A DNA stretch of 64,000 nucleotides from Antedon mediterranea (taxonomy: Eukaryota; Animalia; Echinodermata). Both the position numbers and the translations under genes were made by a program. The DNA lies in the NCBI RefSeq assembly GCF_964355755.1, contig NC_092678.1, positions 8,510,422-8,574,421 on the forward strand. The letters are read 5' to 3'. Shown here piece after piece: positions 36,901 through 47,800 of the stretch (positions are counted from its first letter, which is position 1; each line of letters begins with the position of its first letter). The notes under the pieces were generated by a model. It saw only the letters and a program-made list of their open reading frames with translations. It was not told the origin of the DNA and did not search any database.

Positions 36901-38519
36901 ACTATCGAATCTTTATACAGTACTGCATTAATAATTTACGTACGGTATTGCCGAATCTTTATATCTCATTTACATCAAATCTTTATACAGTATTGCAATA
37001 ATAATTTACGTACGGTATTGCCGAATATTAATATCTAATTTACATCAAATCTTTATACAGTATTGCATTAATAATTCATGTACGGTATTGCCGAATCTTT
37101 ATATCTCATTTACATCGAATCTTTATACAGTATTGCAATAATAATTTACGTACGGTATTGCCGAATATTTATATCTCATTTACATCGAATCTTTACAGTA
37201 TTGCATTAATAATTTACGTACGGTATTGCCGAATCTTTATATCTCATTTACATCGAATCTTTATACAGTATTGCAATAATAAGTTACGTACGGTATTGTC
37301 GAATATTTATATCTCGTTTACACTGTACTATCGAATCTTGGTTTTTATTATTAGTAATAGGGTGTGTTATACATTTAAGTGTTATTCCATTGTAATACAT
37401 TGTTTGTGTTTTCAATGAAGCAACGTGAAGACGAAAACGCGACCTTCTACAGCACTATTCCTGGCCGGCCGCCAGTCGAGTTATTAGCAGAAATTCACGT
37501 AATTAATTACTGTACCGTACAGGCACTTGCGTCTTATTTAGTACAGGTATTTAAAACTAATTTTAAATTGATCAATATTTATATATCTGAAGGTATAAAA
37601 CAATTTAGGATATTAAATAAATAAATTGATGTCATCATGTTATTGTAATTAAATTATGTTTGCGAACACGTACTACTAACAGTAGTTACTTTACTAATAT
37701 ATTAATATACAATAACAAATATATATATATATATTTTGATTTGATATATTTTATTGAAAAAATATATATATTATTCTTAATAATTGGCATATTATATATT
37801 ATACAATAAAAACACCACAATGTTTTTTATTGACTTTATTAAACATATATATCATTTAGAACAGTTAAAGTAAGTAATCATCGATTCGCCATTTCGTTTA
37901 AAAGAAGGTATCACATTCAATCTGTCAAAAAAGAGAATATATTACATAATATTAATAATGTAAGTTGTTATTTACGTCCGAGCCGAGGAAAAGAAAACCT
38001 GACGATCGAAACAATGACAATCAAAAATGACAAAACAACGACAATCAAAGCGCACACGGCGTTCCATACAAATTACCGTTATTGAACTAGCGGCCGCCTT
38101 GGTTGGCGGCCGCTTCGACCGTAATCCGGCCTATCTATACTACAATTGACCTACCTAGCTAGTAGCCTAGAGACATCTCCAACACGAGCTATGCCCGCAG
38201 TTCACATTTTTTGCCCGTGGCGTGTGCACTGTTGTTCAGCTAAGCACGTACGCATAGGCCTACTAGATCAAGGCCCAGTAGGCCTAGCTAGCTAGCCTAG
38301 GCCCTCCCTAGTCTAGTAGGCTAGGCCTATGTGATGTTCACAGACACATGTGTTCGCAAGTCAACTACCTGAAACTTGTTATTTCAAAACTCAATTTTAA
38401 TATACATGTAACTGAAATGTGTACATGAAGTAAATATTGATGATTAAAGTAAATACTGTACTTACTTTGTGCAGTGCTAAGCAGATAGAAGTGGCACCAA
38501 AATATATACCACAAGACAT
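21978..38519 (-). CDS. HSPA14: Heat shock 70 kDa protein 14 (Hsp70L1, ribosome-associated complex subunit), ~534 aa
   Basis: Exons 38519-38466, 33404-33324, 32278-32196, 31634-31480, 31032-30942, 29361-29257, 28536-28375, 27351-27196, 26866-26764, 26274-26146, 25692-25603, 24328-24158, 23751-23681 and 22131-21978; GT-AG, in phase (1605 nt). [77 protein letters not shown]. Atypical motifs and no lid/EEVD, as in HSPA14. Confidence 0.95.
22245..23583. mobile_element. MITE hosting a nested hAT element
   Basis: TIRs tagttccctttcgcacctgc / gcaggtgcgaaagggaacta. Confidence 0.78.
22482..23246. mobile_element. Non-autonomous hAT element
   Basis: Termini cagccgcgtaac / gttacgccactg; perfect 8-bp TSD AATAGAGG (22474-22481, 23247-23254). 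Confidence 0.88.
24413..24756. mobile_element. Kolobok-like MITE, inverted copy of 20459-20793
   Basis: TTAA-agatgtatt ... gggggacaatacatct-TTAA; interior is the reverse complement of the 20459 copy. Confidence 0.75.
25855..26026 (-). ncRNA. Candidate H/ACA-type intronic RNA (HSPA14 intron 10, sense)
   Basis: Hairpin ggga...tccc, then AAAAGA (ANANNA), hairpin ggat/taggc...gcctg/atcc, then tttACAaaa; GC-richer than the flanks. No target or family identified. Confidence 0.3.
26375..26415 (+). ncRNA. Minimal hammerhead ribozyme motif
   Basis: ctt-CTGAGGA-a-gctatc(caaaca)gacagc-GAAA-ctg-TT-aag; intact core, one stem II mismatch, GUU cleavage triplet. Confidence 0.6.
29430..29866 (+). mobile_element. 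3' end of a CR1/Crack-like LINE
   Basis: [22 protein letters not shown]...[10 protein letters not shown]...[12 protein letters not shown], followed by a UTR and an aataaataaaataaaaaaa tail. Confidence 0.7.
32371..32811. repeat. ~220-bp tandem duplication, 2 copies
   Basis: ttaaaactgcaaaatgacct...ggaacaaaaa(g/t)agttgatt repeated almost identically. Confidence 0.85.
33488..34270. mobile_element. Partial TIR-element copy, direct repeat of ~40305-41492
   Basis: Shared blocks tgttattttgctgac.ggg.ttcccc, tgtacatcatagtcctactg and gcgcgaccaaaataaaacgcgaccgatatc...atcgcgaccgattt. Confidence 0.7.
35515..35772. mobile_element. Harbinger-like MITE
   Basis: TTA-agcctgttttc ... ggaaaccagact-TTA, with an internal palindrome. 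Confidence 0.6.
35776..35934. mobile_element. Harbinger-like hairpin MITE
   Basis: Perfect ~41-bp TIRs agccgattttccactaggcgaatttgttcgcgcgaatcgaa; TTA TSD shared with the adjacent MITE. Confidence 0.88.
36091..38127. mobile_element. Long-TIR non-autonomous element (MULE/Merlin-like) carrying a 75-bp tandem array
   Basis: ~95-bp TIRs gga(g/t)ta(t/c)ggtcgaagcggccgccaacc...; 8-bp TSD GGCCTATC on both sides. Confidence 0.85.
36508..37339. repeat. 75/70-bp tandem array (~11 units)
   Basis: Unit atcgaatctttatacagtattgcattaataatttacgtacggtattgccgaatctttatatctcatttacatact; later units lack 5 nt. Confidence 0.92.
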
Positions 38520-38820
38520 TTTCCTTCCCGGCGGTGTGTATAAATAGCTACTGAGCCTAGCTTTCTCCTCCTCGACGCGGTCGATCTGCCCGGCCGGCCC
38601 CGCGTGTGTAAACTTTTTTTGTGCTCCTAGGCTATACAGCGCCATCAACGACGGTGTGGAACACCGCCGCCATATTTCGCTTTCGCCAATATAATGATCG
38701 CGCGGCGCCTCTGATATGTTGGTTTTTGGGAAAGAGAACAGTTTAGCGTGGTCGGTTTTGTTGTGAACTATATTGAATGTAATTATTGATTACATTTAAT
38801 TGTACTAACAAATCAGAAAG
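38520..38820. promoter_or_regulatory. Bidirectional promoter and 5' UTRs of HSPA14 and ING3
   Basis: 301 bp between divergent ATGs; CpG-rich; YY1-like ccgccatatt at ~38666; E2F-like tttcgcc/tcgcgcgg motifs. Confidence 0.8.
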
Positions 38821-41800
38821 ATGTTATACCTTGAAGATTACTTAGAGAGTAAGTATTGATCAAATAGTATCATACATCAAGTAGCCTATACTAATACTAT
38901 CCACACATTATATTAGGCCTAGGCCTCTCTCTAGGCCTCTAGGCTAGGCGAGTAAATTGCAATATCAGTTGTGTGGTGGTGGCATCATACAGACGGCTTA
39001 GGTCCATCTCGGCCGCCGACAACCTCGGCCGCCGGTTACAGAACGCGATATTGTATGGAGCGCCAAAAGTGCCTGTTATGATAGTGTAATAGTGATGATG
39101 AATTACAGTCGAAGCGGCCGCCAACCAAAGCGGCCGCTAGTTCAATAACGGTAATCTGTATGGAACGCCGTGTGCGCTTTGATTGTCGTTGTTTTGTAAT
39201 CTTAGATATAATGCAATACTGTAGAAAGATTCGATAGGCCTAGTATGTAAATGAGATATAAAGATTCGGCAATACCGTACGTAAACTATTAATGCAATAC
39301 TGTATAAAGATTCGATAGTATGTAAATGAGATATAAAGATTCGGCAATACCGTACGTAAATTATTAATGCAATACTGTATAAAGATTCGATAGTATGTAA
39401 ATGAGATATAAAGATTCGGCAATACCGTACGTAAATTATTAATGCAATACTGTATAAAGATTCGATAGTATGTAAATGAGATATTAAGATTCGGCAATAC
39501 CGTACGTAAATTATTAATGTAGTACTGCATAAAGATTCGATAGTATGTAAATGAGATATTAAGATTCGGCAATACCGTACGTAAATTATTAATGCAATAC
39601 TGCATAAAGATTCGATAGTATGTAAATTTTTCGTTTATATAGATTTAATTGATATTTTTTAGGAACTAGATTATTTATGTGGATATTTTTTATTTGGTTA
39701 ATAAATATTTATTATCAATCATTAAACTAATTTATTTTTTTTTGTATTTCACAGGTCTCGGAGAAGGACTGTCTTTTCAAAATGGCCATTTCTAAACACG
39801 TTTAAATATTATTAGGCATAATATTATATTTGGCATATAATAATTTACCTCTATTTATATGTACTGTATTACTTAATATATTATATAGAGAATATACGTC
39901 TGTGTCTTTTATTATGCAAACAATTACGTAAAAGAGAACAATTTATTTAAAAACAATAATTTTTACAAACAATAATTTTTACAATATAGCCCATAAAGCC
40001 AGCGTATCCATTTTTATACTTATGCATACTGTGGCAGATTATATCATATCTGTGTCGTTAACAACATACTATTCGATCACCTTATTTTTATTTCTATTTT
40101 ATTTATATCCGTAATGTAGGATAATATTAAGTTTATAATGATTATTGTTGAGGCACATCACGTGTCGGTGTATATTTTATTTCTAATGTTTAAAATAGTT
40201 TTTAGTAAAATGATCATTATATGCGAGTTACTGAAATAAACCCCCGAATAAGCCATATTGGAGATGCGCCTTCTATGATCGTGCAGCTGTTTCCCGTAAC
40301 AATATGTTATTTTGCTGACGGGGTTTCCCCTTTTTAAAAAAAACGCACTTGTTAGTGTGTCAAATCATGGAAAAAACACGTACGGTCGTTGTCCATGGCC
40401 AGGTAAAGATGACGTCTATTACTAATAACCATACGTTTGAAACGTCTATAGGAGGCCTCTTGCACGTGTTTTTGTGAAACGATCCAATGAGCTATGCTCG
40501 ACGCGATTATGAGATCATGTTCCGAATATGAGCACTGTTTCTAATTTGACAGTAGGATTTACGTATATACGTCAGCGATACTATAGATTTTAATTTGAAA
40601 AATTTTTTATTTCTTCATTTATCATAATCATTTAATGTAAATAATTAAGTAAGTGCAACTTAGTGTCTCACATTCATACGCCGTTCGTAAATCTAAATGT
40701 TTAAATATCAGTACAGATTACCTCTTTGAGAATCGTGTCCACCTTATTATCCATACATTATTCTCACATCTATCATTAATTGTACATCATAGTCCTACTG
40801 TAGGCCAAGTAGATTGATTTATAACAGCATAGTATCTGTATATTTTATTATTATCCCAAAACCATGCTCACTTCAAAGTGGCGGATATCGAATGCAAAAA
40901 TCATCATCCATGCATCATCTTCCTTTATTGCATAAACCTCCTAAGTCACCCCTAAGCTTGTATAGAACGAGTTTCGTAATTAACTGTGATTAAAAAATAC
41001 GCAATAGGCACGTTTAACTATTACATTATTATTTATTATTTTCAAAACTTTAAACAGTGGCATGCCAATCTTTTCAAAAACTTGCACAATATTCAATAAA
41101 ACAAAACATTTTTAAAACGATTTTCTAAAAGAACACATTACACTTCATTAAAACCTGTAAGATAAAATTAAAACACAAATTATTTATAAATAATGAGATA
41201 ATATTTATATTTACTGTACTCAAAAAATAACGATCGAGGTTAAAAATAATGTGAAATAGTAGGCCTATTATTAGAAATTCTAATATTCAAAATTAACTGA
41301 AAACATAATGAGCGTTTTCATTAAAAATTTATCTAATGCGCCATATACAAATTAGCGCGACCAAAATAAAACGCGACCGATATCAAACGTAACTAATATG
41401 ATAAAAAGCGTATCTAGCGGCGCTCCATACAAAATACCGGATGTTGATTTTATCGCGACCGATTTCAAGCGCGACCGATTTCATCTGACACCTTTAGGGG
41501 TATCACAAATAATATTTTTTCAAAGTTAACCAGCTTTAGATATAAAATAAATCGAATAGTAAAATATATTGATATTGATTGATATCACTACTACTAATTT
41601 AATAATTAGAAAAAAAGCATTTATTAAAACAATAATTAAAAGTTAATTAATGAATTTATTAATTAGTATCGGGATTAGTATGCTTATTCAGAACAAAATA
41701 CACAAGTTCTGCCAATTGTTGCATCCACATGAGTACTGTATTTATTTGACATAGGCTTGCTAATGCGTGACGATAATCTAACGTGACGGTTACAATGTTC

Positions 41801-44800
41801 CTATATAATTACTTCTTTCTAGGAATTCTCCGCCACGCCCAAGTTCACATATCACGATTAACTGAAAGTTTAACAAAACATCTATAAAGTAAAGACTCAA
41901 TAGTTACTACAATAGTTTCATTAAGATGATATGCCTGCCTCCTAATCTTATGTGTATATAAGTATACGCTTACCGAAAGTAGGCCTAAGCAACCAAAGTA
42001 ATACACTAGCATCCCACTGATGTGTCCATTAACCACCATTGTCTTGTACTAACTGACTGACCTTGGCCACAGAACACAGTGAGCTAATTTGCATAATAAT
42101 GCCACCTGTGAGCACTACTAACTAGCCAATCAGCAAAGAGTTACTCAAGTGGAACAATGAGCTAACTTGGCTTCATAGAGCCACACAATAAATAAAGTAC
42201 AGTAAATTAATAGTAAAACTTCTTAATTTGGCCTTTACACCGGCCCCTTAATTGTGAACCACAATTATCTATAACAAACTTGGCCAAATATATTCTTTTT
42301 CTTTAACAGAACAAATTAATTATTTAATTTAAAAGTTCTTTTTTCTTTAAGCATTTAGTTATCTGCCTCTAGAAGTAAGCACAACTTGTCAATTGGTCGC
42401 TGGAGTACTGTAGTTGCAGTTTTTACTTCGACCACTCTAACATATCCATTTCTGTCAGTCATTACTTTCAGCACCCTACCAAGTGCCCATGTGTTGCGGG
42501 GTGTGTTTTCCATCAACAAAACTATATCTCCAACAGCAAAGTTCCTTCTGGGATTTATCCATTTCCGGCGTACTTGTAACGTAGGCAAGTACTCTTTTGT
42601 CCACCTTTTCCAAAAGAGATCAGCTAGGTGTTGAACTTGACGCCAACGTCGACGTGGATAATTGTCATCTTTGCTAAAGATTCCAGGTTGTAAAACTTTA
42701 CCTTTGCTTAACAACAAATCATTTGGTGTTAATGCCTGCAGATCATTAGGGTCATCAGAAACAGTAGTAATGGGACGGCTATTTAGTGTTGCTTCAACCT
42801 TACAGAATAGTGTATGAAGACCCTCATCATCAAATCGATGCATTTGGTGATGCATTAGTGAGTACAATATTTTCCGTACCGAACGTATTAACCGTTCCCA
42901 AACACCGCCGAAATGAGAACCATGCGGTGGATTAAATTTCCAAGCTATACCTTTTTGACTCAAAGTATTTGTCAGTTTGGTTTGGTTCCACTTGCTGATT
43001 TCTTCCCGTAACTCTCTTTCAGCACCAACTAAATTTGTCCCGTTGTCGGACAGTATCATATTGGGTGTACCTCTTCTAGCAATAAAACGTCTTATTGCGT
43101 TAATGCATGAAGCGGTATCAAGCGAATGAGCAACTTCAAGATGCACTGCCCTACTGGTAAAGCAAGTGAATATTACCCCATATCGTTTTTGTACAGCACG
43201 TCCCCGTTTCACTTCCAGGGGTCCAAAATAATCCATTCCAATATTAGAAAATGGTGGCATATTTGGTTTAAGACGTTCTTCAGGTAAATCTGCCATCATT
43301 TGTTCGCCAGCCTTGCCCTGATACTTGCGACAGACTACACATTTTGACGTCAATCTCTTTATGGCTTCATTTGCTCCTAAGATCCAATATTTTTGTCTTA
43401 CTCGTGCAAGTATGGCATTTTTACCAAGATGTCCCGTCAATCTATGTGTCTCTTCTAGTAGCAAATTTGAGACAACATGTTTCTTCGGCAACAGGATCGG
43501 ATGTTTCATCTCGTATGGTATAGATGCTTGTTCCAGACGTCCTCCCACTCTCAGAATTCCATCTTTTATAAACGGATTCAATTTATAAATGGAACTAGAT
43601 TTCTTTAGTTTACCATGCAATTCACCTTCTTTTAGTGAGTTTAGCTCATCAGGAAACTGTTTGGTTTGTACGTAGCGAATTATCGCTTCTTCTGCTGTTT
43701 CCAGTATTTCAGGAGATATTGGATTACCGTTACATTGCAGCTTCTTGTTTTCAGCTTGGGTTTGAGTTTGATTATGGTTGTTATTTAATTTTCTCTTCTT
43801 CAGAGCCGCTTGTTCCCGTAATTTACATTTTAGCCTTAAAATCCAACCAACCGCTATCTTCAACCTCATCCATGTTGAATAACGAGAGAACAACCTTTTA
43901 ATTATTTCTGAGGACCCATTTACGATAACAGCATTTGCAGTCGTTTTCACTTCTGGGTCATTATCCAAAATAGGTTGAGGTTGTATATCATACTTAGGCC
44001 AGTTATCCTCCGATTTCCACAAGAAGTCTGGGCCTTTCAGCCACCGTTGATTTTGTAACAAATTTCGGAAATCGAGACCTCTTGAGGCATCATCAGCTGG
44101 ATTACATTTGGATTCCACATATCTCCACTGGCTGCTCTCCGATGATTCTCTGATTGTGTGAATTCGGTTCGCCACAAACGTATGGAAATGTGCAGATTCA
44201 TTAGATATCCATTTTAAAACTGACATGCTGTCCGTCCAAAATAAAACTTTATGCACCTGACAACTTAACTCATCCATAATAATTTTGTTAACACGAACAG
44301 CTAACATAGCGGCTGTCAGCTCCATGCGTGGCACTGTCACCTTCTTCAATGGTGCAACTCTGGATTTTCCAATAAGTAGAGAACAATGTATCTTTCCGTC
44401 AACATCTTCTAATCGGAGATAAGATACCATTCCATAACCTTGGTTACTAGCATCCGAGAAGTTGTGTATCTGACAAGACTTCACCTTTCCGAAAATAGAT
44501 GGTTTAAAGCATCTAGGGATAATCAATTTATCTAGATTTGTTAAATTGTTTAACCATTGCTGCCATCTTGCTAAGTCGTTACCAGTTAATTCTTGGTCCC
44601 ATTGAACATTATTTCTGCACATTTCTTGAAGGAGGATTTTAGCGGGTAAAATAAACGGTGCCGCAAATCCCAAAGGATCGTATACTGAGCTGATTATAGA
44701 AAGAACGTTTCTTCTAGTTGGTTGTCGACTTGGTACAACATTCTTAAATCCAAGAGTATCAGCGACTACTGACCATCTAATTCCTAGAGCTCGTTCTATC

Positions 44801-47800
44801 GAAAGTTTCTCATAATCTAATTCTATGTTTTCAAACTCTTTGGCTCGTTCAGCTGCTGGAACCGAAAGTAGTACTTCTCGCTTGTTGCTTACCCATTTCG
44901 ATAACTTGAAACCACCCATTTCACAAAGTGTGGTAAGCTGCTGAATAAGAGATACTGCTTGGTCACTTGAACTAACCGATTTGAGGCAATCGTCAACATC
45001 AAAGTTACCCAACACTGTATCGGCTACTATCGGATCGAATAAATTCTTGTTCCTCTGTGCAGTCAAACGCAGTGCAAAGTTGGCACACGAAGGCGATGAG
45101 ACAGCCCCAAACAAATGAACTGTCATTCTGTAGATAACTGGATCAATGCTTAGATTACCTTGCGGCCACCAATAAAACCGAAGAAAATCACATTCATCTT
45201 TGGGAACATGAACTTGGTAAAACATCGATACAATGTCTCCCATGATTGCAACATTCTCTTGTCGGAAACGCAATAAGACGCCAATGAGGTTGTTGGTTAG
45301 GTTTGGACCTTGAAGGAGAAGGTCGTTTAGTGATACCCCATGGTATTTACAAGTACAGTCGAAGACGACACGAACTTTGTCTGGTTTCTTGGGGTGATAC
45401 ACCCCATGATGCGGGATGTACCATACCTTCCTGTCAGCTCTAGCTAAATCCTTAATAGGGACAATTTCTGCATACCCATTTTGTATTATTTTAGACATGA
45501 AGTCGTTATAATCAGAATGTAGCTTGGAGTCTCTCCGGAGCCTCTTTTCTAAACCTTTTAGTCGACGTACAGCTACTTCAGAGTTATCGGGCAAGTTCAA
45601 GTCACTTCTGAAAGGTAAACTAATTTGATAGTGGCCATCTTTCAACCTACAGGATTTTTCCACTACCGCCATAAATCTTCTGTCCTCTTGAGACCATTCT
45701 TTCCTGTCGTCAATTGTACGTTCAGGAAAGTCATAATTAATGCATTCTCTTACTAACTTCTCTAGTTTTCTGTTGTCTTCAACTTCCTGTATCGCACTTA
45801 TAGTGGCTTTGTTCACTGCCAAGATATCTTCTTTACCAGACCTGGATCCATCGTTCCGAATTACGTTCCATGCTATCCAACCTAAAGCTGTCTGTGTCGC
45901 ATGTGGGCTCCCAGCTGGTCCGGTTCTAACTTGCCTTGGCGTGTATGCATCTGGAACATTATTTCCAATTAACAAACCAATGTCGGCGTTGACATGTGGA
46001 AGATGGACATCTGAAAAGTGTGGCCAATGCCGAACATCGCTGGCAGTAGGTATGTGATGGTGAGAAACTGGCATCCTATCTTTAGTATAAACTTTAGGTA
46101 ATTCTGTTATATTCAAACTATCAAGACTTAGGATTTCTAAACCTTCCACCACGTAGGTATACATTGTATGTGGTACACCCATTGTTTCGATTGTGATCTT
46201 CATTTTATGACCGGTCCCACACACTTCTTTCATCAGAGCACTGGAGCAGAAAGACACATTGCTACCAGGATCAAGAAATGCATATGTGACGACTTCCTTA
46301 ATACTATTTCTCATTCTCACTCTTACTGGAACAATTGCCATCGTACAGTCTCCATCACATTCTGTATTTTCTGTATCAGAACCATATACATCTGCAAAAC
46401 TTGAGCTACCGTCTATCTGTGTCTGTGTAGTAGTGGATTTGGTCTTTGAAGTGTCCGTGTTAGGAGCTACTGTCTTGGGAGCCTCCATATTATTAGCTAT
46501 TGTCTTTGAAATATCCACAGCGTTTCCTTCTCTGCCAGAAACATGCAAAACTGAAGGGTGATGCCCCTGACATTTCTTACAAACTGCCTTATTGCGACAA
46601 TGCTGTTTCATATGACCTGGTTTCAAGCAGCCAAAACACAAACCCTTGCTTCTCAGAAAATGTATGCGGCCCTGCAGGGTAAGTGTTTCAATCTTTCGGC
46701 AACCCATTAGTGAATGCGAGGTATTCATGCAGTACAGGCATCTTGTAGTTTGTGAATTTGCCTTATTACTGCTCAGAATAGAACCATCCAAGTTCTGCCC
46801 GTCTGAAAGGTTGGTTGCTGTGCTGACTCTCCCTCTACTCTTTGTCTGTGCCGGCCCCTGTACACCAAAGTCATCTCCACATAATGCAAGTTTACCATAA
46901 GTAGGGTCATTAGCCTTTTTTGCTTCGTTCTTCACAAACTGCACAAGAAGTTTAAACGCCACTGTCTGCTTGTTTTCTTTAGTTTTCTGCACTAAACTTC
47001 TCCATTTGTCATGAAGGGAGTAAGGAAGCCTCTTCACAATCTTCTTCATGTTTTCAGAGTACTCAAGAATTTTCATAGAATCAACGCATCTTACCGCATT
47101 TTCACATTCTACCAGAAATATTGAGAAGGCATCTAAAGCTTTAGGGTTACCATCTTTGATTACTGGCCAAGCTAGTGCCTTTCTAATAAAGGCATTTGCG
47201 ATTAATTCTGTATCTCCATATCGTTCCTCCAATTCATGTAAAGCTGCTTGGTACCCCAACTCGGCATCAAGATAACTAAAGCCATTTACAATCTTCTTTG
47301 CTTCTCCGTAGGTAAACTGCTCTAAGTAGTACAACCGCTCATCATCACTTTCCGTATTTCTCACAACTCTGGCTTGAAACTGTCGCATGAATTTTTTATA
47401 TTCCATGGGATCACCACCAAACTTCATCATTTCCGGTGTTGGCCTCTGAAGCTGTTTCACCAGTGCCTGAGGAAGATCTGTGGTAATAGTCGGCATTCCA
47501 TATGGATTAGTAATCTTCCCGTTTACATCAGGTACACGAACCTCATCACCATACACAGGTACCTTATCCTGAACATGTACTCGATGATCTTCGATATGTG
47601 CACACACATCAACATGTGTATGTGCATTAACTTTACCATCCAATGAACTTGCAAGTCTAGCTCTCGGAGCCCTATCAATATCAAGGCTATCACTGAATAC
47701 AGAACCTGCCTCACTATCAAACTTATCAAGCACTCTGCTTCTTGCTTCAAGGACGTCCACCTCTGTCTGTAGTCTCATCTCTTCTTCTTTCAATCTTAAA

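Noticed and set aside
38520-38648. Upstream in-frame start extending HSPA14
   Set aside because: Similarity to HSPA14 begins at the ATG at 38519; the extension resembles nothing I recognise.
36508-39627. CRISPR-like arrays or repeat-protein ORFs
   Set aside because: Head-to-tail units with no unique spacers, inside eukaryotic transposons; the ORFs arise because 75 is divisible by 3.
41845-42039. Duplicated 64-aa ORF (also at 48504-48698)
   Set aside because: Incidental frame inside the two LTRs.
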